64,000 nucleotides of DNA. Source: an uncultured virus (IMG/VR IMGVR_UViG_3300030372_002776). Lineage: Duplodnaviria; Heunggongvirae; Uroviricota; Caudoviricetes. Position numbers and translations under genes: made by a program. Each line of letters opens with the position of its first letter. Position 1 is the first letter of the stretch. The stretch is taken from the IMG/VR virus record IMGVR_UViG_3300030372_002776; one strand, 5' to 3'. The notes beneath the pieces are model-generated. The model had not been told where the DNA came from, ran no database searches, and worked only from the letters and a program-made list of their open reading frames with translations. Below, piece by piece: positions 35,901 through 44,190 of this stretch.

Positions 35901-36700
35901 TAAATAAGAGCAGGAAGATTCATAAGCATTCTTCCAAAGGCTCCATTAAAGAAACCAGAAGATTCATCATACTTAGCAATCTTGTCTTCTAAGGCTGATC
36001 TACCTACCGCTCTTAAAACTAAATACTCTAAATTTCTTTTGTTTTTGGTTCGTAGTATTTCATCTTTACTAAAACCAACCCGATCTAGGGTTGACATTAA
36101 ATGATAATTTTCTGCAAATGTATCAGTAAAATACTTCATAGAATCAAACTCACCCGCAGCATCTAAATAATTTTCATCTGTTTCTTGATAGCTTAAGTTA
36201 TCAATAATATCTTGATAGGGAGAAGTTCCTAAAAAAAGATTTGCAAGTGCAGTTCCGCTTGAATATAGGCTTGTAAATTTATCTAATAATTGTCTAGGAA
36301 TACCTGCTTCTGGTGAAGCAGGGGGCCTGTTTTCATAACTTCGTTCTAGCTCAGCATAAGGATTTCCTGAGGTGTCAGTAAGATAAGATCTTTTAAACGC
36401 GGCTCCTCCTACATCAGACCCGAGAAGTCCAGAGAATCCGTATTCGGCTCCTAAAAGAAGCTCGGATGAAAGAGTATCTCCTAATGATGGAGTAGCCATA
36501 TCTCTTATCGATGTATAATTACGGACATCTTTAACATGATCAATGGTAGCATCTGGCCTTTCGTTATCGGAATATCCAAATAAAATATGCCGAGGTCTTT
36601 CTCTTGTAAAAGTAAAATCAACGATATTATCTTTAAAAGCATCAAAGTCATATTGATCTTGATACTGAAGAGGAAGATTGAATTTATTTCCGATGCCCAT
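26993..36700 (-). CDS. Giant internal virion (ejection) protein, gp16-like, with zincin motif and sigma-like module
   Basis: 3235 aa; last and largest of four consecutive internal-virion-type genes; Gly/Ala hydrophobic segments; 'HEIAGH...EDEFFA'; 'DAEDAVNDLF'. Confidence 0.75.
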   Translation of the reverse strand: MGIGNKFNLPLQYQDQYDFDAFKDNIVDFTFTRERPRHILFGYSDNERPDATIDHVKDVRNYTSIRDMATPSLGDTLSSELLLGAEYGFSGLLGSDVGGAAFKRSYLTDTSGNPYAELERSYENRPPASPEAGIPRQLLDKFTSLYSSGTALANLFLGTSPYQDIIDNLSYQETDENYLDAAGEFDSMKYFTDTFAENYHLMSTLDRVGFSKDEILRTKNKRNLEYLVLRAVGRSALEDKIAKYDESSGFFNGAFGRMLMNLPALIYNDPDLPATLGIGTAVKGAFSVGKASLKAISKQLGKELTQETLDSFTRQALRKKTGVAAARIFQQAGKSNAFAKYVQAGFKLEANALKRYKVLDFGVKGAILGGFQGGVSDLVSQKNIINEANLYGGVSDSDRDFDYGRLLMATAASAVFGGAIGGLPGFFMRPRNASIDSARNLSSSLTDVSEAQIAAGRSYVEGTPLLEELSVSKSANEAEAKQTVRDISRDVEKDDRSPLIKAVDNRDPEVARYVLSEAKENPNDKLSDIIKTKDVSKKQKFVKKLRTAVEQVEKRIAEKPDPSPEDINFLNSLKARERAITGRLDLEKEPLALPEAIRTTEQREGVVSAHIKMNREDSAAFKETTSKAERTKVKKRQSNATKKLTKKEKAHAKKSMTDDAYFASISKGHEVLLDTLNSLVNNNVISMNVMYVLRGIFSNENSKYLQNLTFRSEKGELIVTKKGIKTEEEIKAEKEFAQENLEGAYYYRGGDTDLETQVIFNLESLKQMNTRDQISLFLHEIAGHAFHDSLPVSLRRQISRMYSNGKYKDALLNLHEKLFDTPALRPKEESSSRYFLSNEDEFFAKLTEIVLFDRYDRSGLIDYANSVSLGLDPNQRYNFIKMVSDLKEVISNIMLKIMTQVLDSVEDLDYQAGFGRRLDNNLSKFVDDFDDLRSFIEEEFTFMHEADGQVVFSGNYLSTELNARRAMAGRSEMPSFLKEASKMRNRFSGVPKKLFEITEKVFSSGYKTTDEFVSDMNNILDFARESGLSKKEIMELEEYLQNYTGLIEVLDFIPLYEIDGSDVRLKDLLNTSSLLRVVLDPFRFEAELYWSSIYKTDAEIKKAVDADMVIIQKNLQYGVDEARLGAFRHATGLKNIDQNLGFLIDSDLIRFLNPSMTQIDFTGWKIATENNLKDRAGAVKAGRPDPGGKIVIDAEAAKVLLDVENAFKKGTTLENIVKLIKVKKGQEDLISMPFDKLKEMLFNGTLVSKDGKLQRATISTEQAVAKIALDDTLKVVSQNKNNPTEAVSDQVLVSAKKASEAIQKGKEDAALSRSMEEEGIKDSAVPLTEDGQVDVVTFLSSEKNLNSIKAVLRASRIRPEDAEDAVNDLFIRAAEGKVNPDPAQTTSTKKLINFLARGSKNKVIDRVRKEQGFKQQEDGTKKATISSMGEDPSAASVSDPSALNLLGAERGEAVRKTVFAKLDDLLQEGYLNEKDIWFIKKDFEIASVKSQIEELNTEKARLVSKKNKKTASEEELLELKGLLKEIEGLKKQSGVTVKELSEQYNAVFQDSPIKPGSVGRARTRARKKFSESGEIEVNFERTPELISQPKPESKPEPKVEAVVEEVMIEETTKSIENEASTGILDVSVKEQNEAASTTITSDDSSSTVRNTKEIKKAESGKTIVLGVHTVKTNKKPSTKTKIATTNKPKAEANRADVETKETGSKETTVIESSTVKINNPVVIKEAVTKTEDLIDSIPNNLLLSENVDVPVLKATLKNTIQILRELESVFTRQDEYDFLVKYLKDNHGIDAVVRIDGQEATVFLPADTPRTNVSNEVHTTTGKVETDTIKIDEEAKFKNEDGTEKPLDQKDDHVIQNGEEVREEVITETESSVRDVEQDSLQDQIEAFILSDDGFLNNLGADISLVSRLLELFPDYVTSYKKVSALVGGFLLETKKIMDKNLANYGDEGVKLYWKTVLEIRMENDVLKQRIADMKVKGETVNARLLKKVKTVDEIYESASMVVTREFKDEKKSPFLSPLAPEKYDPVTGSRTFETAQQRAQREVTEIGGGSKKRTILRKFFNKKSGDNHRYVRAQGLIGAIFGGEDSSSTNWWRKAMTNIVLFAQVGNGLKDTIYSHVDVLMALSKFVDSTKLHTGHFINGGKRPIKTWMQSDSLVKRRMGRLTQRNARVLKFSKKAYPSVMKYVYDTRINKGKINKGDLIKAIEQSEVPSEKVNQLAERLFPVLEEYNNELTDVYRTIFDLQEETGWKFINEIEGSDKLNPETYVPITLDPNRIQDNLDEVVQAMTNVRRKSIQERDTIHRSLMYALGWLPSTFDDTDPVSALFRKDRDIDGQAIKNNKDLLSRVVETELDADSLNNLTLVRSLTNPLDSVGANERLYGTLGRDWFVVKQENEYLIVKIPNKIEELSVADRSKYKKAIEGEVTDYVPSILSILKTSKNTDIIQAEMMELMSFKLGRGVYGSGVKIGVNNTPILGLADPAKKGSGVWIQNITPEEMMMDSTLSDYMQINPTMSTLDFMNGRLFELHSQRELDRLLGSKGIRMYEFLSEAEEIAINRIENEGHSSKDTDMLVKSVKNGVEKLKEQYSMYSQHISQIDDNYSALSVNAGTLSQNLLTSAVSWGFGILALTETVLVKSGQGINNAQHPTQIIKDAALMIRNILGDLRFDRAADRIEVADTIFAFDLLNRNNSARFLSDLDESVELTTSLKEKLFGPSGGGVPERINTGAMGVVQRRVSNLAYFAREIGSLQQVTNANRMIATPKYTRMFIKVLQGNKIDDLINVLETKEVRNKIKKLEEEAATDRSKQAELVKYIKGLAREVGGMDYQTVAPLLQYGLLNKNAINALRMAFKESGIKVEGGRIDFMRLNNFVLDLRTNKKKVDGLDPDVLEDAIDSLTYMIEQLVITREITETQGLAKGTGVISRHPIGRLLTSLFGWINAFHYNVFTNYGNRTSPKYLIGTLMMAGIANAVAMTFRQWIRGRDPEDILMEMEEDPLRFLALSIQGIPALGRFNSIIDGGVAGVQMMVGSTPQHLFSPFGVPGLEALPKAATDISRGFNKTYDYITGENNTSGVDAAAALTKSAQLDGMLNNSFLALPVRVFESADIIKEGNALREYLDTLQFAETPYQDLTKRSRTKGKIKDIDNIMKSSLREDMTVMKANKENLERSLKIDKTTPQQMKERVQRNFSIETGDFYRSPRKAEMTPEAPETLESLRGPSRASENLADFLEENENFLQK

Positions 36701-39700
36701 TAATTATTCTCCATTAAAGTTAAGGATCTCATTTCTAAAAGATTTTCATACAAATCTAAGTAGGTTGGTTGTTCCTGTTGTGTATTCTTTACCCGATTAT
36801 ACAAAGACATAAATTTAGATCTTGTTTCAACCATTTCATTTATCTTAAGCTGATCATTTAAATTTAATGAGCTTCTTCTTAGTTTTTCGGATACATAATA
36901 TTCAAATTTATTATACTCTGTTTGTTCTTCTCTATTTTTTTGTTTTGCGTTTAATTCATCGGAATCTAATACTTGTTGTTGATCTAGTGTTGTTAATGTT
37001 TCTTCTGTAAGCAGTTCTCTTTTTGGAAGAATATCTTTAAGATGGTTATTTAGTTCTGAACTATTTTCAACATCTTCTGACATTGCTTCAAGTTTTTCGT
37101 TTTCAGGAGATCTTTGTATCCACTTATATAAATTACTATAAGATTTTTTAACTGAATCTATAACTTGATCTGGTAAAGTTACAAGCTGAGATCCTGCTTC
37201 TGATACAGCATCCATAATATCTTTCGGTGCTTGGGATAATTTAATCATACTTTGTGCCATAGCTACACCTAGATCTTTTGTAATTGCTCTTTCTACTTGA
37301 GTATAAGCCTCTGGAGCATAATCTATAACTTGATCTATTGCTTTTCCAATTGATTCGGGAGATACATCTGCTAGTATTCTAAGATTTTTAGTAAGGGCAT
37401 CTATTATTAAAGGGGTAGATTTTTCTACAACAAAATCAAATTTTTCTAATTTGTCTTGAGTCCACGTTGTCCATTCATATATAGCCATTTCAAAAATATC
37501 AAAATCTATAGGTACATATGTTTCAGGATTATTTAACATATCATATCTTATATCAGGAGCGCCCTCCTCTCCGGATCTTACTTTATCCAAAACAGTACTT
37601 GAAGGGGAATCAATAACTTTTGAACTAAATTCTACAGCAGCCGCTGTTGTTCCCATAAGCCAAGATAAAAGGCTTCTTTGAACTTCTTTTGGTAACGGGG
37701 GAAGATTTCCTTCTACAACATTTCCTTCTTTATTAACATATAGCTCAGAATAAACAGAAGGAAAGACCATGCCAGATCTATTGCGTGATGCAAAAGAATC
37801 TTGAACATCAATAGGTTCTCCATTATAAACAATAGTCTTAACTCCATATCCAAAAGCTGAAGCTCCATAGTTTGCATTATTTCTTTGTCTTCTTGAAATA
37901 TCACTACTATTTGCGTATTGAATGTCTGTTACTTGTCTTCCTCCCACTAGTTCATCAAAATTAGCCATAAGGTTTTCAATAGAATCTACTCCATTTTTAG
38001 AGTCAAGACCAAAGAGGTCGTTTTGAACAGAAGGGGTCATTAGTAATACAGTTTCATTAAAAGCTTGAGGACTAATTTTGTAATCTGCTCTTGGTTTTTT
38101 ACCATTCATTTGGAGGTATCTAATTTCTTTTTGTCTCATTTGTTCCAATGAATAAATCATGGCTTTTTCAAGTTCGTCTCTATCAAACCCCCTGTAAGTA
38201 TTTGGAGATAGATTATCTAAAATAATAGAAACGTCTTCTGTATCTGATCTATTCTGTTGACTTGCCCTAAATTCAAAATTAATTCTTTCGTCAAAAGTTC
38301 TTACGCCCTGTTGATAAATAGCGTAATCTACTTTATTTCTAAGCTGAACATCTACAAGTTTTTGTTTTCCATCAATTTCTCTTAATATAGGAACTACTCT
38401 TGCATTGTTATAGATGTTATTTTTTAGGGCATTTCTTTCTTTTTCTGGTAAATTTGCTCTTTTATCAATTTGATTAAGAAGGACCATTAAAGAAGCAAGA
38501 GATGGATTATCTTCAACTTCAAAATCATAAGCTAGTGGATCATATTCACTATCACTTACTCCCATTCGTGTTCTAAAAGAGTTAATTATTTCGTTTCTAG
38601 CACTAATTGTATTTTTGTCTGTTGCAGCACTAAAGAGAGAACTTTGTGCGGCATTAAATGTTTCAGGATTCCAAATATCATCAAATGTATTTAAAGTTAA
38701 TTGAATGTCTTTATTTTTACCCGGTTCGTCTGTTCCCATATATTTATGAAGCGAAATAAGAGTCATTAATCTTTGTTGATCTGAAGTATCAAGGCCTATT
38801 CCCCCGATTTCTCTATTTCTGCTAATTAAACCATCAATAGAATCTTCGTTAAAAGAAGAAAGAAATACTAAGGATGTAATTGAAAAAGGATCACTATCGT
38901 CTCCTTGAGCAAGAGATCTTAAACCCTGTGTTATTTCTTTTGGTAAATATTCAATATTATTAGAAGGAAACTGGCTTCTAAGCTGTTGTGCAAAAACTAA
39001 TGAAGCTATTGCTTTAGTTTTTTCATCTCCCATAAATTGATCAGGAGATCCATTAAAACCAATACTAACAACATTTCCTTTTTCGTCTTCTGTTATATTA
39101 AAAACCGGAGTACCACTTTCGGTTTGTAAGTTTCTTAGTCTTTCTATGTCACCGCCTACAGATTGTTTTACAACTTCTATATTTAAGTTGGTTTCTGTGA
39201 ATACGCCCTTAAATAAACCCTGAACAAATTCTTCATTAGCAACGCCTTTTTGATTTAATAAACTTTGATCTAACTGTTCTCTGTACTTAGCCGCATTTTC
39301 AGCTATTTTATTAAAATCTTTTGAATTTACGGCTTCTGTAATATTTAACCATTGTTCTTTTCTTGCGGCTCTTACAGAATCTCCAAATAATAAACTATCT
39401 GATTGAATAAAAATAGTTTCCATAATATCTAATTGCTGTTGTTTTGAAAGTTGATCAAAAGGTTCTTCAATTCCTCTAGCTAATAATTCTTCTTGAATAC
39501 CAGAAGATAGTTCTTCTGATCCATTATTTTGAATATATATTTTTTTAGATAATTCCAGTATGCTATTATCTCTTTCTTGTTGAACAGCTTGAGGAATATT
39601 CATTCTAGGAATATTTTCTCCTTCTGCTCTGCCTATAAAAGATTGATTAATTTCTTCTGTAATTCTATCGATTTCAGCAGAACTATCAACATACTCTTGT

Positions 39701-40041
39701 ATAGCTAGTTTTGTTTTTTGTTTTTTTCTAATTGCATTAAATTCAAAAGCGTCTTGTGTTACGCTCATGATGCTTCCTGTAATGTTATCAACAACATTAG
39801 CCCAAATTCCTGCGGTTCCTCTATCAAATGTTACTGCTATTTCTTGGGCAGAAGGCATACTTGGAGTAGCGTATTGAAATACAGGTTCTTGTTCTACTAC
39901 TTCAGGAGTTTCAATAAACTGTTCCTCTACCATTTGCTCTTGCATTATAGGAAGATCAGAAACCTTCTTTTGTCTTTTCTTTGAGTAGTAGTTTGCTCTT
40001 TCCCTTTGTTCAGGAGTCTGCATAAAATTACGCTTCGCCAT
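36700..40041 (-). CDS. Internal virion protein (gp15-like position)
   Basis: ~1113 aa, helical-looking; start reassigned to MAKRNF; TAATG-coupled to the giant gene. Confidence 0.6.
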   Translation of the reverse strand: MAKRNFMQTPEQRERANYYSKKRQKKVSDLPIMQEQMVEEQFIETPEVVEQEPVFQYATPSMPSAQEIAVTFDRGTAGIWANVVDNITGSIMSVTQDAFEFNAIRKKQKTKLAIQEYVDSSAEIDRITEEINQSFIGRAEGENIPRMNIPQAVQQERDNSILELSKKIYIQNNGSEELSSGIQEELLARGIEEPFDQLSKQQQLDIMETIFIQSDSLLFGDSVRAARKEQWLNITEAVNSKDFNKIAENAAKYREQLDQSLLNQKGVANEEFVQGLFKGVFTETNLNIEVVKQSVGGDIERLRNLQTESGTPVFNITEDEKGNVVSIGFNGSPDQFMGDEKTKAIASLVFAQQLRSQFPSNNIEYLPKEITQGLRSLAQGDDSDPFSITSLVFLSSFNEDSIDGLISRNREIGGIGLDTSDQQRLMTLISLHKYMGTDEPGKNKDIQLTLNTFDDIWNPETFNAAQSSLFSAATDKNTISARNEIINSFRTRMGVSDSEYDPLAYDFEVEDNPSLASLMVLLNQIDKRANLPEKERNALKNNIYNNARVVPILREIDGKQKLVDVQLRNKVDYAIYQQGVRTFDERINFEFRASQQNRSDTEDVSIILDNLSPNTYRGFDRDELEKAMIYSLEQMRQKEIRYLQMNGKKPRADYKISPQAFNETVLLMTPSVQNDLFGLDSKNGVDSIENLMANFDELVGGRQVTDIQYANSSDISRRQRNNANYGASAFGYGVKTIVYNGEPIDVQDSFASRNRSGMVFPSVYSELYVNKEGNVVEGNLPPLPKEVQRSLLSWLMGTTAAAVEFSSKVIDSPSSTVLDKVRSGEEGAPDIRYDMLNNPETYVPIDFDIFEMAIYEWTTWTQDKLEKFDFVVEKSTPLIIDALTKNLRILADVSPESIGKAIDQVIDYAPEAYTQVERAITKDLGVAMAQSMIKLSQAPKDIMDAVSEAGSQLVTLPDQVIDSVKKSYSNLYKWIQRSPENEKLEAMSEDVENSSELNNHLKDILPKRELLTEETLTTLDQQQVLDSDELNAKQKNREEQTEYNKFEYYVSEKLRRSSLNLNDQLKINEMVETRSKFMSLYNRVKNTQQEQPTYLDLYENLLEMRSLTLMENN

Positions 40042-41113
40042 TATATAATTCTCCAAAAAGATTAGCATACTTAGTAAAAGCAAGCATAATCATGTCGTTT
40101 ATTTCTGTATCTTTTACAGGCTCTTCGGTTCCTCGTTCAGCTTGTTTAATCATTCCTTTAATTCCTTCGCTGAATAAAAACATAAGAGAACCAATACCAT
40201 CTTCTTGTGGATCTTCAATCATAGAAGCTACATCGCCCCATTTATCCATTGGAATATTTCCTTGACTCATTTCATTTAACATAATAAATTTAATTTCTTT
40301 ATTTTGTTCTCTAATTTGTTCTCTTGAGTCCTTTAATTTAACAGATACTAAATCTTTAATATCTGAAGCAACAGAATCTCTTAAGAAAGCCGCTTCAGCA
40401 GGAACAGGTTGCATAGCGTCTTCTGATACCTCGCCTGCATTTTTAATAGACCATGCTGGTTGAAATTCTTGTTCTTTATTAGAAATACCAACCCTACCAT
40501 TATAAATAGTAGCTGCGTTTAAAAATCCCATTGTCTCTAATTTTAAAAGATCTGCAACGTGGTCTTCTTCTCTAATATCTGGACTTAGTGGTGCGTTTTC
40601 TAAAAGATCGTTAACCTTATCTAAAGTATTTGTCTTATAAGAAATTTCTCCTTTTAACATATCTTTAGTTTGATTTACCATCATTAAACCAGCAAGAGAA
40701 GATTCATATTGAGAAGAAAGCCAATTAGGCCATTTATTTAGATTATCTCTTATGTAATATTCTTTTTCTGATGTAGTTTCTAGTTTTCTAAGCTTGTCTT
40801 TTACTTGAGATGTTAATGCTTCTTTATATAATGAAGGATCTGGACTTAGATTTTCATATGTCTTCCAGTAATATTTTTTCGTTTCGGGGTTTAGGTCAAA
40901 GTCTTGTGTACCAGCATTCCATGTATCAAAAGCTTTCTGCCTATCTTCAGGATACAGTTGTTGAACTTGTTGAGCAAGTTGTTCTGATTTTTTAATACTA
41001 ACATTAGAAGTGTGTTGTTTAAGCTGTGAATCTAACAAACTGTAATCTGTATTTTGTTGTCCAGCTTCGCTGGCAATTTCTTCAAGTTTTTGTAATGATT
41101 GTTCTTTAGTCAT
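40028..41113 (-). CDS. Probable internal virion protein
   Basis: 361 aa; between the gp14-like and gp15-like genes. Confidence 0.5.
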   Translation of the reverse strand: MTKEQSLQKLEEIASEAGQQNTDYSLLDSQLKQHTSNVSIKKSEQLAQQVQQLYPEDRQKAFDTWNAGTQDFDLNPETKKYYWKTYENLSPDPSLYKEALTSQVKDKLRKLETTSEKEYYIRDNLNKWPNWLSSQYESSLAGLMMVNQTKDMLKGEISYKTNTLDKVNDLLENAPLSPDIREEDHVADLLKLETMGFLNAATIYNGRVGISNKEQEFQPAWSIKNAGEVSEDAMQPVPAEAAFLRDSVASDIKDLVSVKLKDSREQIREQNKEIKFIMLNEMSQGNIPMDKWGDVASMIEDPQEDGIGSLMFLFSEGIKGMIKQAERGTEEPVKDTEINDMIMLAFTKYANLFGELYNGEA

Positions 41114-41775
41114 AAGTTAAATAGCCCCGAACTGTCTTCAGCTTGAAGTCCCATTTCTGTTGATGCTCCTGCCGATAGTCCTCCAACTGCTCCGTTTACA
41201 ATACCGGCAGCAAGGATCGATCCACTATTATCTGGAACATTTGTTGGAGAAGCATAAAAAGTCTGTAAAGCAGGCTGTAAAAACTGAGCAGAACTAATAG
41301 ATCCAGCAAGCTCAGCATCTATATTCTTTAGTTGTTTTCTATAATTAGAAATAATAGCTGCATTTGATTCAGAAGACTTTGACATGTTCTGCCTCATAAT
41401 TGCCTTTACACTTCCACTAGAAGAACTAAGTCCTTTTCCGCTTGCTTTACTGATTAAAGCAGCATTAATAGAAGATGTTTGATTTCCTACTTGTTTAAAT
41501 TGATTTGATAAAGCTTCTTGAAGATAAAACTTTTTCTGTCCTGCCCTAGCACCTGCGGCAACAGCCTGTAGCTTAGCTTGTTTAAATTGTGAACCCCATT
41601 TTTCAAGAGTTTGAATATTATTATAATCCGTTTCCATTCCACGAATCATATTTTGATATTTAATCTGAGCAATCTGAGCAGCTACATTTCCTTTTTCCTG
41701 CCTTGATCCTAAAATACCAGCGAATATTCCACCGGCAATTCCAATTGCACCTAGAGTAATTACTGCCATGTTCAA
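41110..41775 (-). CDS. Internal virion protein, gp14-like
   Basis: Hydrophobic Gly/Ala N-terminus, Gln-rich helix, 'ASGKGLSSSSGS', Gly-rich C-terminus. Confidence 0.65.
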   Translation of the reverse strand: MNMAVITLGAIGIAGGIFAGILGSRQEKGNVAAQIAQIKYQNMIRGMETDYNNIQTLEKWGSQFKQAKLQAVAAGARAGQKKFYLQEALSNQFKQVGNQTSSINAALISKASGKGLSSSSGSVKAIMRQNMSKSSESNAAIISNYRKQLKNIDAELAGSISSAQFLQPALQTFYASPTNVPDNSGSILAAGIVNGAVGGLSAGASTEMGLQAEDSSGLFNL

Positions 41776-42272
41776 GGCTCCTTTAAAAACTTTTCAATTA
41801 AAACAAGAGAATCATCTAAATCTTCTGTATAAACATTTATAAAAGAAGAGTTATAGTATTTAAGATATTCTTCAATAATTTTAGTAGATTTATTTATCAT
41901 TTCTATGGGAGACAAAGCATCTTTTGGTTCTTCCCAATCTAATTTTTTTAATTCTTTAACAAGAACTCTTTTTATGCTTTTTATTTGTCTATCTTGATCT
42001 TTTCTTTCTAAAATTATTAATTTACTAATATTAGTAACAGGGGTATTTTCTAATACAGGAGGCCAAAGTTTTACTGCTTTTCCTTTCCAGTTATTATGAT
42101 AAATACCAAATTGATTAATCCAAGGGTTAATTTCATAATAACCCTTTGGGTTTTCTTCTCTAACAGCCCAATAAGGAAACTTTCTACCAACTACAGGAAT
42201 TCCCATTTTTTTAATTTCTTGCATTAAAAAAGAAGTTCCAACTCTTGGTCCTATTCCTGTTACTGCAAACAT
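41772..42272 (-). CDS. Sulfotransferase-like protein
   Basis: 'VTGIGPRVGTSFLMQ' (PAPS-binding loop-like) and 'NPKGYYE'. Confidence 0.6.
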   Translation of the reverse strand: MFAVTGIGPRVGTSFLMQEIKKMGIPVVGRKFPYWAVREENPKGYYEINPWINQFGIYHNNWKGKAVKLWPPVLENTPVTNISKLIILERKDQDRQIKSIKRVLVKELKKLDWEEPKDALSPIEMINKSTKIIEEYLKYYNSSFINVYTEDLDDSLVLIEKFLKEP

Positions 42273-43951
42273 TATTTATTCCTTCTACCTCTAAGGATTG
42301 TTCTGTGTGTTTGATTACTTCGTTTTCTATCTACATATCGATAGGCTCCGGAAATTTTATCTCCAAACAGGTTTCCGACTCTATCATCAGATAACCATCC
42401 TTCAACAATTTCCATAGATTCTTTTTCTTGGTTCTTTTCAATCAATGAATCAACATCATATGTGAGATGATCTTTCCATTGATTAACGGCCAAGGACAAA
42501 ACATCAACCCGGTCATCATGAGCTAAAGCTCCTCTTCTGTCAGTAAGACGAGTAATTTGAATTTGAGTTTCTTTTTCTTTAATAGCTTTAGTATTAAAAC
42601 AAAGACGATGTTGAGACATTACAGGTTCTAAAGCTCTAATTATTCTCACTTCTTTTGCCCCTGTAACCTTTTCTTCCATAAGACCAATATTAGGACATAT
42701 TTTTTGCATAACAGGAATAAGAAGTTTATTAAACATAGCATCACCATAGTTAGACTCTGCTATAATTGCTTGAACTTCGTTTTCTAAAGCAATTTTACAT
42801 AGCTTTTTAAGAACAGCTTCTGAGTATCCTCCCTCTAATCCACTAAGCTCATGAATGAAGACGTATCCACAGGACGTAGAGGCCACACAGTACGCTGTCT
42901 CGTCTTTTCCGCGTCCAGAGGGGTCCACGAACATAAACTTCTGCTGTGGCTCTATGAACTTGTCAGAGATCCACATAGGCTCATAGACCTTGTCTCCTGA
43001 CATACCAAAAGAAGGTACTTTTTTATTCTCTGTGGAAGAAGCCCATACTACTTTTTCTGGGACTAGTTCGTGATCAAAATCTAATACAATAAGATCTTCA
43101 AGCTTTAGAGGATACTTCTCAGCATCTGCAAGACTTGTATCTAATTTATAATGAAGGCCAAATAAAGTTGGTCCTACCTTTGCTTGACGATCCATTAAAA
43201 CTTCTTTGCTAAATCTTTCCGGCTGAGTAGGCTCCCCCGGCTCAATATCAAGGGACATCACCCAATCGGATACGTCATCTGATTCAGAAGGTATTCTTGG
43301 ATCTGGTTTTATAGCAGGAAATTTGACAACAGGATATCCTTCCTTCAGGATATTATAAATTGAATCTTTAGTTTGAGGGGTTCCTAGAAGGATAACCCTG
43401 CCGCCAACATTCCTAATCTGTTCAGCTTCAAGAGCTTTATTAAGTAATTTATGTCTTGCTTGTGTAGTCTCGCAGTTTCCTTCAATTTCAATATCATCAA
43501 ATATTAAGTACTCTGCGTGAGATCCAGTAATCTGTCCAGTGATGCCACGGGCGTAGCACGATCTATCCTGTCCGATTTTTGTTCTATTTTGTACATTAAA
43601 AGAAAAAGCATTATCAATAGTTCCTTCTCCCGGCTTCATAGGAGCGCAGTAAGGAACTAGATCTAGGATACGTCTTGTCATAGAAATAAACTCTACTGCT
43701 TTTTGTCCCGTAGCAGAAACAACCATAATGGTACTATTAGGATCTTTTAAAAGAAACCAAGAAGCAAGGCAGGAGGTAATAACAGACTTACCAAAACCAC
43801 GACCAGCTTGTAGCTGCATGTCTTTTGGACCTTTTTGTAAAGCATCCGCCATAGCATATTGAGCAGGAGTTGGTTCACCAAGACCTAAGTATTTAAAACA
43901 TGCCCACATATGATTTCTAAAATCGTCTAACATTTCTTGTGGGGGATTCAT
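42272..43951 (-). CDS. Terminase large subunit, T7 gp19-like
   Basis: 'AGRGFGKS', 'GITGQITGSHA', 'DDIE', 'LGTPQ', 'DPSGRGKDE', 'HDDRVDVL'. Confidence 0.96.
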   Translation of the reverse strand: MNPPQEMLDDFRNHMWACFKYLGLGEPTPAQYAMADALQKGPKDMQLQAGRGFGKSVITSCLASWFLLKDPNSTIMVVSATGQKAVEFISMTRRILDLVPYCAPMKPGEGTIDNAFSFNVQNRTKIGQDRSCYARGITGQITGSHAEYLIFDDIEIEGNCETTQARHKLLNKALEAEQIRNVGGRVILLGTPQTKDSIYNILKEGYPVVKFPAIKPDPRIPSESDDVSDWVMSLDIEPGEPTQPERFSKEVLMDRQAKVGPTLFGLHYKLDTSLADAEKYPLKLEDLIVLDFDHELVPEKVVWASSTENKKVPSFGMSGDKVYEPMWISDKFIEPQQKFMFVDPSGRGKDETAYCVASTSCGYVFIHELSGLEGGYSEAVLKKLCKIALENEVQAIIAESNYGDAMFNKLLIPVMQKICPNIGLMEEKVTGAKEVRIIRALEPVMSQHRLCFNTKAIKEKETQIQITRLTDRRGALAHDDRVDVLSLAVNQWKDHLTYDVDSLIEKNQEKESMEIVEGWLSDDRVGNLFGDKISGAYRYVDRKRSNQTHRTILRGRRNK

Positions 43952-44190
43952 GCTTTTCCTTTTCTAGCCCGGTTCTTTCTAGGAGACTCTAAGAAGACAC
44001 TTCCATCCTTTCGATGGCTAACATCCTTTCCCCCTTTTCCATAGATGCCTCGTTTCCTGCGCTCTTTATTCAACTCAGCCCTTCGTTTTTTTTCCACGGG
44101 CTTTTTATTAATTTTAGCTTGTGTTTTTACTTTCTTTTTTCTTGACGCGGGATTTTTAGCATAGTTTTTAGATGATTTAGATTGTCCCAT
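43948..44190 (-). CDS. Small basic protein with degenerate HNH-like C-terminus
   Basis: 'GKDVSHRKDG...SPRKNRAR' directly upstream of terL. Confidence 0.55.
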   Translation of the reverse strand: MGQSKSSKNYAKNPASRKKKVKTQAKINKKPVEKKRRAELNKERRKRGIYGKGGKDVSHRKDGSVFLESPRKNRARKGKA

